Of a stretch of DNA of 64,000 bases, positions 1-9,285 are shown one piece after another. The notes under the pieces are model-generated. The model ran no database searches, was not told the DNA's origin, and saw only the letters and a program-made list of their open reading frames with translations. The DNA lies in NCBI GenBank assembly GCA_963757935.1, contig CAVWSZ010000002.1, positions 823 through 64,822 on the forward strand, read 5' to 3'. Made by a program: the position numbers and the translations under genes. The number at the start of each line of letters is the position of its first letter. Within the stretch, counting starts at the first letter, position 1. This DNA is from an uncultured Bacteroidales bacterium. GTDB lineage: Bacteria; Bacteroidota; Bacteroidia; Bacteroidales; VadinHA17.

Positions 1-2
1 CC

Positions 3-920
3 GTGAAAAGCTGGACATCAGCCTTTGCTGCCGTGGATACAGCCGTGGAGGATCTGCAGGTGCTGTATGACTTTTACAGGGAGGGAGAAGCTTCCGAAGA
101 GGAGCTTGCCGTCCAGGCAAAAAAGACCATATCTGCGATTGAGAAACTCGAGCTCCGCAACATGCTGCGCCGTGAGGAAGACAGGCTTGGTGCAGTGATG
201 AAGATAAATGCAGGGGCAGGCGGAACAGAGAGCAACGACTGGGCCCAGATGCTGATGCGCATGTATCTCATGTGGGGAGAAAGCAGCGGATATAAGATCA
301 AAGAAGCATATTACCAGCCCGGAGACGAGGCAGGAATAAAAACCGTCACCCTCGAGTTCGAAGGCGAAAACGCCTACGGATTCCTGAAGAGCGAAAACGG
401 AGTTCACCGCCTTGTGCGCATCTCACCCTATAACGCACAGGGCAAGCGACAGACGACCTTCGCTTCGGTCTTCGTGTCTCCGCTGATAGATGACGAGATA
501 GTCGTGGAGATAAACCCGGCCGACATCACCTGGGAGACATTCCGTTCATCAGGTGCCGGCGGTCAGAATGTAAACAAGGTCGAGACTGCCGTCAGACTTC
601 GTCATGCACCCTCCGGAATAGTCGTGGAGAACCAGGAGACAAGGTCGCAGGGCCAGAACAAGGAGAACGCTCTCAGGCTCCTCAGGTCATATCTCTATGA
701 TATCGAGCTGCGCAAGAGACAGGATGAGCTTGACAAGATCGAAGGCACAAAGAAAAAAATAGAGTGGGGCTCACAGATACGCTCCTACGTGCTGCAACCC
801 TACAAAATGGTGAAAGACCTTCGCACAGGCCATGAGACGGGCAATGTCCAGGCTGTCCTCGACGGCGACATTGACGACTTCATCAAAGCCTGGCTCATGG
901 AGCAGGGCGGCAACCAGTGA
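3..920 (+). CDS. prfB: Peptide chain release factor 2 (5' part outside the window)
   Basis: GGQ motif (SSGAGGQNVNK), GVHRLVRISPY, WGSQIRSY. Confidence 0.97.
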   Translation: MKSWTSAFAAVDTAVEDLQVLYDFYREGEASEEELAVQAKKTISAIEKLELRNMLRREEDRLGAVMKINAGAGGTESNDWAQMLMRMYLMWGESSGYKIKEAYYQPGDEAGIKTVTLEFEGENAYGFLKSENGVHRLVRISPYNAQGKRQTTFASVFVSPLIDDEIVVEINPADITWETFRSSGAGGQNVNKVETAVRLRHAPSGIVVENQETRSQGQNKENALRLLRSYLYDIELRKRQDELDKIEGTKKKIEWGSQIRSYVLQPYKMVKDLRTGHETGNVQAVLDGDIDDFIKAWLMEQGGNQ

Positions 921-1091
921 TCGGCCATGGCCGGGGGCGGGATTTTGAAGGGAGTCAGCAGGTGATCCGCCGGGACTACCAGTGTGAGGGCAGGATAAAG
1001 TCAGTGCTCAGCGAATGACACTCCATGACAAAAAGCAGGATTTAATGGGGTAATATTCTGTTAATTTGCATCATCACAAACATACTGCCGG

Positions 1092-2954
1092 ATGAATAAA
1101 AGAGAAAAGCTGTTTGAGAAATTCCCTCCAGTAACCACAGAAAAGTGGATGGAGAAGATCACAGCCGACCTGAAGGGTGCTGATTTCTCAAAGCGACTGG
1201 TCTGGAAGACCCGCGAAGGCTTTGATGTGATGCCTTTCTACAGACAGGAAGACACTGATAAGCTGTCTCATAAAAACACCCTTCCCGGTGAATTCCCCTT
1301 TGTCAGGGGTTCACGCATCACAAGTAACGAGTGGCTTGTAAGACAGGATATCACGGTAACCGATTTTAAGGAGGCCAACGCTAACGCACTGGAGATCCTG
1401 ATGAAGGGGATCACATCACTGGGATTCATAATAACCGACCCTGATACAATTACATTTGAAAATATTTCGCTGCTGCTCAGAGAGATACACTGTGAAAGCG
1501 TGGAGCTCAACTTTGCAACGGCAGGCAAGGCCCGAGAACTTCTGGCACTCCTCACGGAAGTGATGAGGGCGTCAGGGACAGACCTCTCCAAAGTGCATGG
1601 CTCCATCGCCGCCGACCCCCTGGGCAGGCTGCTGACAAACGGCAAACTGTGTGTCAGCATTGAAGAGGGACTTGATTACCTCGCTGAACTCGTAAAGGAA
1701 TCTTCAGCCATTCCGGGACTGAAATGTGTCCAGGCCGGAGGCACTCTCTTCAGCAACGCAGGTACCGGTGTCGTAATGGAACTTGCCGGCACACTTTCAC
1801 TTGCAAATGAATACATGGCTGCACTGACGGCAAGAGGAGTCACTCCCGATGCCGCAGCCTCAAAGATAAAATTCAGCTTCGGCATAGGTCCTGATTTCTT
1901 CCCGGAGAGCGCAAAACTCAGGGCGGCACGAATGCTCTGGGCTATAATAGTAAAGGGTTATAAGCCGAAGTCTGAAGACAGCCCGCTGATGACCGTCCAC
2001 TCCGTTACGGGCAGGTGGAACAAGACATTGTATGACCCCTATGTAAATATGCTCCGCACCCAGACCGAAGCCATGTCTGCCGTGATGGGCGGCGCTGACT
2101 CGATCACCGTGGAGCCGTTCGACACTGTCTTCGGCACTCCTGATGAATTTTCGGAGCGCATCGCGCGCAACCAGCAGCTTCTGCTGAAGGAGGAGTCGCA
2201 CCTGGATATGGTTGCTGATCCCGGTGCCGGTTCCTATTATATCGAAAAGCTGACATCTCTTATTGCCAATGAGGCATGGAAGCTCTTTGTTGAAACCGAG
2301 AATGAGGGCGGTTTCCTTGAAGCCGCAAAGAAGGGTTCGATACAGAAAAAAATCAGTGCTTCGCAGGCAGCCCGCAAGGAGGATATTGCAAAGCGGCGCG
2401 GCATACTCCTCGGAACAAACCAGTACCCGAATTTAAATGAAAAGCATTCGCCAAAAGCAGACCTCGACAAGGTTTTTGCGGAGGCACATCCCGAAAAAGG
2501 TGAGGTGGAACCGATAGCTGCGTCACGTGGAGCCATCGGGTTTGAAAGACTAAGGATTGCCACAGAGAGATCAGGTCGCAGACCTCTCGCATTCATGCTT
2601 CCGATAGGCAATTTTGCTATGCGCCGTGCACGGTCGCAGTTCTCTTCCAACTTCTTTGCCTGTGCAGGCTATGAGGTCAGGGACAATAAGGGTTTTGAGA
2701 CGGCGGAAGAAGGAGTAAATGCTGCAATAGCGGCAGGGGCGGATATTATTGTGATCTGCAGTTCTGACGACGATTATGCAATCGTTGCTTCTGACATCTT
2801 TACCCTGACGGCCGGCAGGGCGCTTGTAGTGGTGGCCGGAAACCCACCCTGTACGGATAACCTCAGGGCTGCCGGGATAGAATATTTTATCAGTATGCGC
2901 TCGAATGTTCTGGAGACCCTTCAGATGTTCAGCAAGAAACTGGGAATCAACTGA
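1092..2954 (+). CDS. mutA: Methylmalonyl-CoA mutase small (beta) subunit
   Basis: DPYVNMLRTQTEA, RIARNQQLLL, DPGAGSYYIE; degenerate B12 domain without DxHxxG; directly upstream of the large subunit. Confidence 0.93.
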   Translation: MNKREKLFEKFPPVTTEKWMEKITADLKGADFSKRLVWKTREGFDVMPFYRQEDTDKLSHKNTLPGEFPFVRGSRITSNEWLVRQDITVTDFKEANANALEILMKGITSLGFIITDPDTITFENISLLLREIHCESVELNFATAGKARELLALLTEVMRASGTDLSKVHGSIAADPLGRLLTNGKLCVSIEEGLDYLAELVKESSAIPGLKCVQAGGTLFSNAGTGVVMELAGTLSLANEYMAALTARGVTPDAAASKIKFSFGIGPDFFPESAKLRAARMLWAIIVKGYKPKSEDSPLMTVHSVTGRWNKTLYDPYVNMLRTQTEAMSAVMGGADSITVEPFDTVFGTPDEFSERIARNQQLLLKEESHLDMVADPGAGSYYIEKLTSLIANEAWKLFVETENEGGFLEAAKKGSIQKKISASQAARKEDIAKRRGILLGTNQYPNLNEKHSPKADLDKVFAEAHPEKGEVEPIAASRGAIGFERLRIATERSGRRPLAFMLPIGNFAMRRARSQFSSNFFACAGYEVRDNKGFETAEEGVNAAIAAGADIIVICSSDDDYAIVASDIFTLTAGRALVVVAGNPPCTDNLRAAGIEYFISMRSNVLETLQMFSKKLGIN

Positions 2955-2960
2955 TCAGAC

Positions 2961-5120
2961 ATGAACAAGAGACCGAAATATACACAGAACGATCTTGACA
3001 GGCTCTCTTCCTCTCCTCAAAGAATATTGAGAAGTGGGAGAAGGAAAACGGAGTTGTTGAAGCTCGGGAGACATCTGAACGCATACCCGTCAAAAGCGTA
3101 TACACGCATGAAGATCTGAAGGGACTGGAACACCTGGGTTATGCTGCCGGGCTGCCCCCGTACCTCCGGGGACCCTATTCCGCAATGTATGCGATGATGC
3201 CTTGGACCGTCCGACAGTATGCTGGCTTTTCGACCGCAGAGGAGTCCAATGCATTCTACCGCCGCAATCTGGCCTCGGCCAGAAAGGTCTGTCAGTGGCC
3301 TTTGACCTTGCTACCCACCGCGGATATGACTCTGATCACGAGCGCGTTATGGGTGATGTCGGGAAAGCGGGTGTGGCCGTGGATTCCGTGCTTGACATGA
3401 AGATCCTCTTCGACCAGATACCCCTCGACAAGATGTCGGTATCAATGACAATGAACGGCGCCGTGCTGCCTGTCATGGCCTTCTATATCTGTCGCCGCTC
3501 TTGAACAGGGCGCAAAGCTTGAGGAATTGCAGGGTACGATTCAGAATGACATCCTCAAGGAGGTTATGGTGCGAAACACCTATATCTATCCGCCGGCATT
3601 TTCGATGAAGATCATCGCAGACATCTTCAGGTACACTTCGGAGAAGATGCCCAAGTTCAACTCAATTTCGATCTCCGGGTATCATATGCAGGAGGCAGGT
3701 GCCACTGCAGACATCGAGCTGGCCTATACGCTTGCTGACGGTCTCGAATATCTGAGGACAGGTGTGAATACGGGGCTCAACATCGATGACTTTGCACCCC
3801 GCCTCTCATTTTTCTGGGCTGTTGGAATGAATTTCTTCATGGAAATTGCAAAGATGAGGGCTGCCCGTATGCTGTGGGCACGGATAGTCAGTGAATTCAA
3901 TCCTAAGAACCCCAAATCACTGGCCCTGCGCACTCATTCACAGACATCGGGATGGAGCCTTACCGAACAGGATCCTTTCAATAACGTTGGCCGGACCTGC
4001 ATAGAGGCAATGGCTGCAGCGATGGGGCATACGCAGAGTCTCCATACAAATGCACTTGACGAGGCCATAGCACTGCCAACCGAGTTTTCCGCCCGGATCG
4101 CCCGCAACACTCAGATCTTCCTTCAGGAGGAAACCAATATATGCAGGTCTGTTGACCCGTGGGCCGGATCATATTATGTTGAGAAACTGACTGATGAAAT
4201 AGCTCACAAGGCCTGGGAGCTTATTCAGGAGGTGGAGAGCCTGGGAGGCATGGCCAAAGCCATAGAGTCAGGCATTCCAAAGATGAGGATTGAGGAGGCC
4301 GCCGCCAGGGCACAGGCAAAAATTGACTCGAAGGCACAGACAATTGTAGGGATCAACAAATACCGCCTCGATAAGGAGGAACCTCTTGAGATACTTGAGG
4401 TTGACAACACTACTGTGCGTGAGGCACAGTTAAACCGGCTTGCGCAGCTGAGGGCCTCACGCAATGAGGCAGAATGCCAGAAGGCGCTTGACGCAATCAC
4501 CAGGGCTGTCGAAACAGGGGAGGGAAACCTCCTTGAACTTGCAGTAGATGCAGCAGCAAAAAGAGCTACTCTTGGAGAAATTTCTTATGCTTGTGAAAAA
4601 ATAGTCGGGAGGTACAAAGCAGTGATCAGAACAATATCAGGAGTTTATTCTTCAGAATACAAGTCGGATTCCGACTTTGAAGAAGCAAAGGCGCTGGCGG
4701 CTGAATTCGCTGCCAGAGCCGGACGCCAGCCCCGCATCATGATAGCCAAGATGGGGCAGGACGGTCATGACCGTGGCGCCAAGGTGGTCTCCACCGGCTA
4801 TGCCGACATCGGCTTTGACGTCGACATCGGGCCTCTTTTCCAGACACCCGCTGAAGCCGCAAAACAGGCGGTCGAAAATGATGTGCACCTGCTCGGTGTA
4901 TCAAGCCTTGCAGCAGGACACAAGACCCTCATCCCGCAGGTTGATTGCAGAGCTGAAGAAACTGGGGCGTGAAGATATCCTGATCATCGCCGGCGGAGTT
5001 ATCCCCGCACAGGACTACCAGTTCCTGTATGACGCTGGTGTGGTGGCTATATTCGGACCTGGAACCTCCGTTTCAAAGGCTGCAAAACAGATTCTTACAA
5101 TCCTTCTTCAGACAGTCTGA
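2961..5120 (+). CDS. mutB: Methylmalonyl-CoA mutase large subunit, split by about 4 frameshifts (probably sequence errors)
   Basis: ATG at 2961; fragments [39 protein letters not shown]12-binding GQDGHDRG and C-terminal GGVIPAQD lie in successive frames. Confidence 0.92.
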
Positions 5121-5140
5121 CAAAAAAATATTTCTGTTGT

Positions 5141-5180
5141 AATACGGCTGCCGCTCATTTCGGCAGCCGTATTTTCATTT
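5141..5180 (+). terminator. Rho-independent terminator after mutB
   Basis: 13-bp perfect stem AATACGGCTGCCG / CGGCAGCCGTATT followed by a T-rich tract. Confidence 0.8.
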
Positions 5181-5210
5181 TTGATTATCTTGCAAGACAA
5201 ATATGCAATC

Positions 5211-5789
5211 ATGCAAAAGAAACTTGTACTCCTGTTGCTGGCAATAACGGTAATTACCGCATGCCGTACCTCCAGGGTGGCGACCACGACTGAACCTTCT
5301 CCTCCTCCTCCGGTACCTGCCATACCGGTCATTGACGACGCTTCAGAACATGTCTGGGATTTCCGCGATGCAACAACCTGGATACTGGGAGATTTTAATC
5401 CTGACAGGCTCCTTGATTCACCGCATTCAACCTGGTACTTAAAGGGTTACACCGAATATGAACCTGACCCGGCTGTAATGGATGAGCTTAAGGCTATCAG
5501 CAAGGAGGGCCTTAAAATCACGATAGTGCTTGGAACCTGGTGCCCCGACAGCCGCAGGGAAGTGCCCCGATTCATGAAGATCGCGGAATTATGGGGATTT
5601 CCGTCATCGGACATCAGATTCATTGGTGTTGACATCAATAAGATAGCCCCGCTGGGCGACTACCTTCTGCTTGGCATAGAGAGAGTTCCGACATTTATAT
5701 TTTATAAAAATAATGTTGAAACCGGACGCATCATTGAGGTTCCTGTCACGTCTTTAGAACAGGATACAAGAGATATCCTGAAGAAATAA
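5211..5789 (+). CDS. Thioredoxin-fold lipoprotein (CxxS type)
   Basis: Lipobox-like VITAC, Pro-rich linker, GTWCPDSRREVP and RVPTFIF motifs; start moved to ATG 5211. Confidence 0.8.
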   Translation: MQKKLVLLLLAITVITACRTSRVATTTEPSPPPPVPAIPVIDDASEHVWDFRDATTWILGDFNPDRLLDSPHSTWYLKGYTEYEPDPAVMDELKAISKEGLKITIVLGTWCPDSRREVPRFMKIAELWGFPSSDIRFIGVDINKIAPLGDYLLLGIERVPTFIFYKNNVETGRIIEVPVTSLEQDTRDILKK

Positions 5790-5816
5790 AAGAAGAACAA
5801 CCAAATATCTTAAGCG

Positions 5817-6320
5817 ATGGAAGAAGTAAAAAATAATCAGGGAACAGGTGCCGGAACGGGCATGGGCGTAGGTGCTCTTGTTACAGGCATAATAGCATTC
5901 CTGCTGGCGGTAGTACCCTGCGTGGGTTTCGTTGCAGTCATTCCGGCAATCATAGCGATAATCCTTGCTATAATTGGACTTTCGAGACCCGGGACCAACC
6001 AGGGAATGCTGATAGGGGGCCTTGTTGTCGCCATTATCGCCCTGATGATTTCAATATCGCAAATTGTCATAATCGGTAAGATCGCAGACAAATCCGATGG
6101 CTGGGCTACAGACATTGAAAAAGCCGTTAAGGATATCACCGATGACCTGGAGAATGAGTTCGGTTCGAATGATATCACAATCCGTGTCGATAAGGACGAT
6201 GAGAGTGTGGAGATTAACGCCTCCACCAGGAAAGGTGACCTGGAGAATCAGCTGGACGAGCTGGAGGGAGGGAGTGATACCACCTCGGCTGATACTACTG
6301 TGAAGATAATTGTTAAGTGA
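5817..6320 (+). CDS. Membrane protein (DUF4190-like)
   Basis: N-terminal hydrophobic helices followed by an acidic C-terminal region. Confidence 0.6.
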   Translation: MEEVKNNQGTGAGTGMGVGALVTGIIAFLLAVVPCVGFVAVIPAIIAIILAIIGLSRPGTNQGMLIGGLVVAIIALMISISQIVIIGKIADKSDGWATDIEKAVKDITDDLENEFGSNDITIRVDKDDESVEINASTRKGDLENQLDELEGGSDTTSADTTVKIIVK

Positions 6321-6745
6321 CCCCTGCTGATCAACGCAAGGCGGCCCGACGGGGTTATCTTGCCGTGAATATTATATTTGCCGGAGTAATCCTTTTGATA
6401 ATGGGTTACTCCGTTTTTTATTCCCCTGATGAGGAAAAATATCCCGTACCCTGCGTTCACGAAAAACTGACCGGAGAACAGTGTCCTTCATGCGGAATGT
6501 CGCACGCATTTTCACTTATCGTAAGGGGAAGGATTGATGAGGCAATGGAGTGGAACACGGCTTCGGCAGGCGTCTTCCTGTTCTTTGCATTTCAGTTTTT
6601 AATGAGAATTGTTCTGGGTATAAGAGTTTTATATACAGACAGATTCATTCGCCCGATTTCAATAGTTGATTCGGCAGTGTCATTGCTTATGGCAATTGCA
6701 GCATTCTTCCCGTTTCTGAAAGCGCTGGGACAATCCCTGTTCTGA
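6317..6745 (+). CDS. DUF2752-family membrane protein
   Basis: PC...TG..CPSCGMSHAF motif with flanking TM helices. Confidence 0.75.
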   Translation: MTPADQRKAARRGYLAVNIIFAGVILLIMGYSVFYSPDEEKYPVPCVHEKLTGEQCPSCGMSHAFSLIVRGRIDEAMEWNTASAGVFLFFAFQFLMRIVLGIRVLYTDRFIRPISIVDSAVSLLMAIAAFFPFLKALGQSLF

Positions 6746-6788
6746 TTTTTGAGCAGCATATTCTGCCCGGGTGACATTTTGGCCTTGT

Positions 6789-7275
6789 CTATTCTGATGA
6801 CTGCCCTGTAAACAGCGAGTTTACAGCCTCATAGACTGCCTGGCTTTCAAATCCTTTTCCGAGTGCGTATCTCACAAGTTTGCCCTTCAGGTCATACCTG
6901 TTCTTTGACTTCACTGAACGGCGGTGGGTCTCGAGCAATTCCCCGAGCGCAGCAAGATATTCCTCATTGTCGATTGCTTCAAGTCCTGCCGCAATGGCTG
7001 CTGCCGGTATCTTCCTGATTCGCAGGGCAGCGCTGATCTTTACCTTTCCCCAATGCTGGTACTTAAAGTGATCCATTGTGAAGGCCCTGCAATATCGCTC
7101 TTCGTCAATGAATTTTTCGGCGATGAGCTTTACCTATGACAGATTCAGTAATCTCGGTGTCATTTTCTCCCCACTGCCCGATTTTTGCAGTGATCTCACT
7201 TACACAGTATTCCCTCACCGAGCAAAGTTGCTGGGCCCGCTGCAGAAGCTCCTCCGTGCGTTTCGGCTTATCCAT
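6789..7275 (-). CDS. recX: RecX regulatory protein (one frameshift near 7130)
   Basis: ATG 7275 gives MDKPKRTEELLQRAQQLCSVREYC; a second frame gives FIDEERYCRAF..WGKVKI..ALGKGF; follows prmC. Confidence 0.85.
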
Positions 7276-8136
7276 TTTTGAATGCTTTTAAAAATCTCTT
7301 CCTGCCGTTTATATCTTCGGTTACAGTGACACCGGTAAATCCGTTTTTGATAAAAATGCCGGCGGTCTCTTCACCCAGCGCTTCATTAATTTCAAGGTAG
7401 AGCTTCCCGTGCCTGCGCAACCGTCCGGATGCGATCAATGCTATGCTGCGGTAAAATATGAGCGGATCATCATCCCCGACAAACAAGCGCCTCGTGCGGT
7501 TCGTGGTCCAGAACGTTAGGTTGCATGAGTACTTTTTCGCTCAGACGCACGTAGGGCGGGTTGCTGACAATAATGTCACACAGGGGAAATAATCCGGCAG
7601 GTGCTGTGAGAATATCGGCCCTGAAGAACAGTACTGAGGCCTTGTTGGCAGCCGCGTTCAATGCTGCTGTTTCAAGGGCTTTCTCCGAAAAATCTGTCGC
7701 ATGCACCTCTGCACCGGGGAAAGCCGCGGCAAGGGAAACGGCGATGCATCCTGAGCCCGTGCACAGATCGAGGGCAGTCCCCCTGAACCCCGGGTTTTCA
7801 GAAATAACCCCCGTTGTCATCTCTTCTGTCTCCGGTCGGGGGATTAAAACTCCGGGGCCTACCTCGATACGGTGTCCGCAAAAGAGGGTATGTCCAAAAA
7901 TATATTGCAAAGGTTCTCCTGACGATGCCCTGTCGGCTGCCGCCATTATCAAGGCGGCACTCCCGGGAGAGACAGTCGTGTCACCGTAGGCAAGCTGCCG
8001 TGCGCCGTCCATTCCTGTGAATTCCCTGATAATCACCGTGGCCATGGCACCCGCTTCACCCGGCGACCGGGGAACCGGTAAACATAGCGATGAGAAGATG
8101 ACGTATTTCGCTTATTGTTTGTAACTTTTCAGCCAT
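7268..8136 (-). CDS. prmC: Release factor glutamine methyltransferase (two frameshifts)
   Basis: GEPLQYI, VLIPRPETEE, DLCTGSGC, NPPY, EPHEAL; N-terminus MAEKLQTISEIR from ATG 8136; C-terminus LYLEINE..DINGRKRF in another frame. Confidence 0.9.
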
Positions 8137-8162
8137 TTTCCAAAGATAGGAAATTGCATTTT

Positions 8163-9224
8163 ATGGCTCAGTCAGAAGACTCATTATATATGAACCGGTG
8201 CCTGGAACTGGCAGGCAGGGCGGAGGGATACACAAGTCCCAATCCCATGGTTGGCTCAGTGGTGGTGCATAATGGTAAGATTATCGGTGAGGGATTTCAT
8301 CTCAGGGCCGGGGAGCCTCACGCTGAGGTGAATGCAATAAATTCAGTCACAGATAAAACGCTGCTTCCGCACTCAACCCTCTATGTGAACCTGGAACCCT
8401 GTTCTCATCACGGCCGCACGCCGCCGTGTGCTGACCTTATCATCAGCTGCGGCATACCGAGGGTTGTGGTTGGGGCAATAGATACAAGCTCCAAAGTTGC
8501 CGGAAGAGGCATTGAAAAAATGAGTCAGGCAGGAGTGGAGGTCATCACCGGCATTGAAGAGGTAAAATGCCGGGAACTGAACAAACGGTTCTTCACCTGG
8601 AATGAAAGAAAACGGCCTTACGTAATACTTAAATGGGCACGCAGTGCCGACGGGTTCATCGATTTTGTGAGAAAAAGCGGCGATACGGCAGGCCCGCACT
8701 GGATTACCGGGATGGCAGAGAGGGTGCTGGTTCACAGGTGGAGAGCGGCCGAGGATGCCATACTTGCCGGCGGCGCCACCGTACGGCTCGACAACCCGGC
8801 TCTTGACGTACGCTACTGGAAAGGCAAAAATCCGGTAAGGATCATTGTTAGCCGCAGCGGCGAACTGGACAGGAAGGCAAAAATATTTTCCCCGACAGCA
8901 GAGGTACTTCTGTTTACCCGCAATCCCAATGTGACATTTCCGGGTGTGAAAGTTATCGTAATGAGCGATGAGGATGATACTGTTACGACAGTTCTTAAAA
9001 CCCTCTTTGACCTGGAGATACAGTCATTGTTTGTGGAAGGCGGATCGCAGATCATTAAAGCATTTGTGGCCTCCGGAAAATGGGACGAAGCACGAAGATT
9101 TACAGGGAAGGAGAGCTTCACGGCGGGCATCGCTGATCCGTTTCCTGATATGGAACCGCGGATATCGCAACACTTCAGGTCGAGCACACTCGAGATCGCG
9201 TTTAACAATACCCGGCAGGAGTAG
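8163..9224 (+). CDS. ribD: Bifunctional riboflavin biosynthesis deaminase/reductase
   Basis: PNPMVG, HAE, LEPCSHHGRTPPC, VEGG; start set at ATG 8163. Confidence 0.95.
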   Translation: MAQSEDSLYMNRCLELAGRAEGYTSPNPMVGSVVVHNGKIIGEGFHLRAGEPHAEVNAINSVTDKTLLPHSTLYVNLEPCSHHGRTPPCADLIISCGIPRVVVGAIDTSSKVAGRGIEKMSQAGVEVITGIEEVKCRELNKRFFTWNERKRPYVILKWARSADGFIDFVRKSGDTAGPHWITGMAERVLVHRWRAAEDAILAGGATVRLDNPALDVRYWKGKNPVRIIVSRSGELDRKAKIFSPTAEVLLFTRNPNVTFPGVKVIVMSDEDDTVTTVLKTLFDLEIQSLFVEGGSQIIKAFVASGKWDEARRFTGKESFTAGIADPFPDMEPRISQHFRSSTLEIAFNNTRQE

Positions 9225-9249
9225 ATGTGGGATGTTAAGAAAATGTTTA

Positions 9250-9257
9250 TAACTTTG
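9250..9257 (+). promoter_or_regulatory. Bacteroidota -7 promoter element upstream of the TPR-caspase gene
   Basis: TAACTTTG matches TAnnTTTG, about 30 bp before ATG 9286. Confidence 0.55.
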
Positions 9258-9285
9258 GGCATCTGTGAAATTAAGAACTAAGACA

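Noticed and set aside
410-450. SPY instead of SPF in the RF2 specificity motif
   Set aside because: This variant is familiar from Bacteroidota RF2, and TGA is used normally as a stop here, so there is no sign of recoding.
921-1091. Possible cobalamin riboswitch upstream of methylmalonyl-CoA mutase
   Set aside because: No B12-box or GGGAA..GGTG..AA.TCC motifs were recognisable.
2961-8136. Frameshifts in mutB, recX and prmC (and elsewhere in the M61 peptidase, rhomboid, flavodoxin and esterases) as programmed frameshifting or pseudogenes
   Set aside because: They are scattered single-base indels in otherwise well-conserved genes, with no shared slippery motif; assembly error is the simplest explanation.
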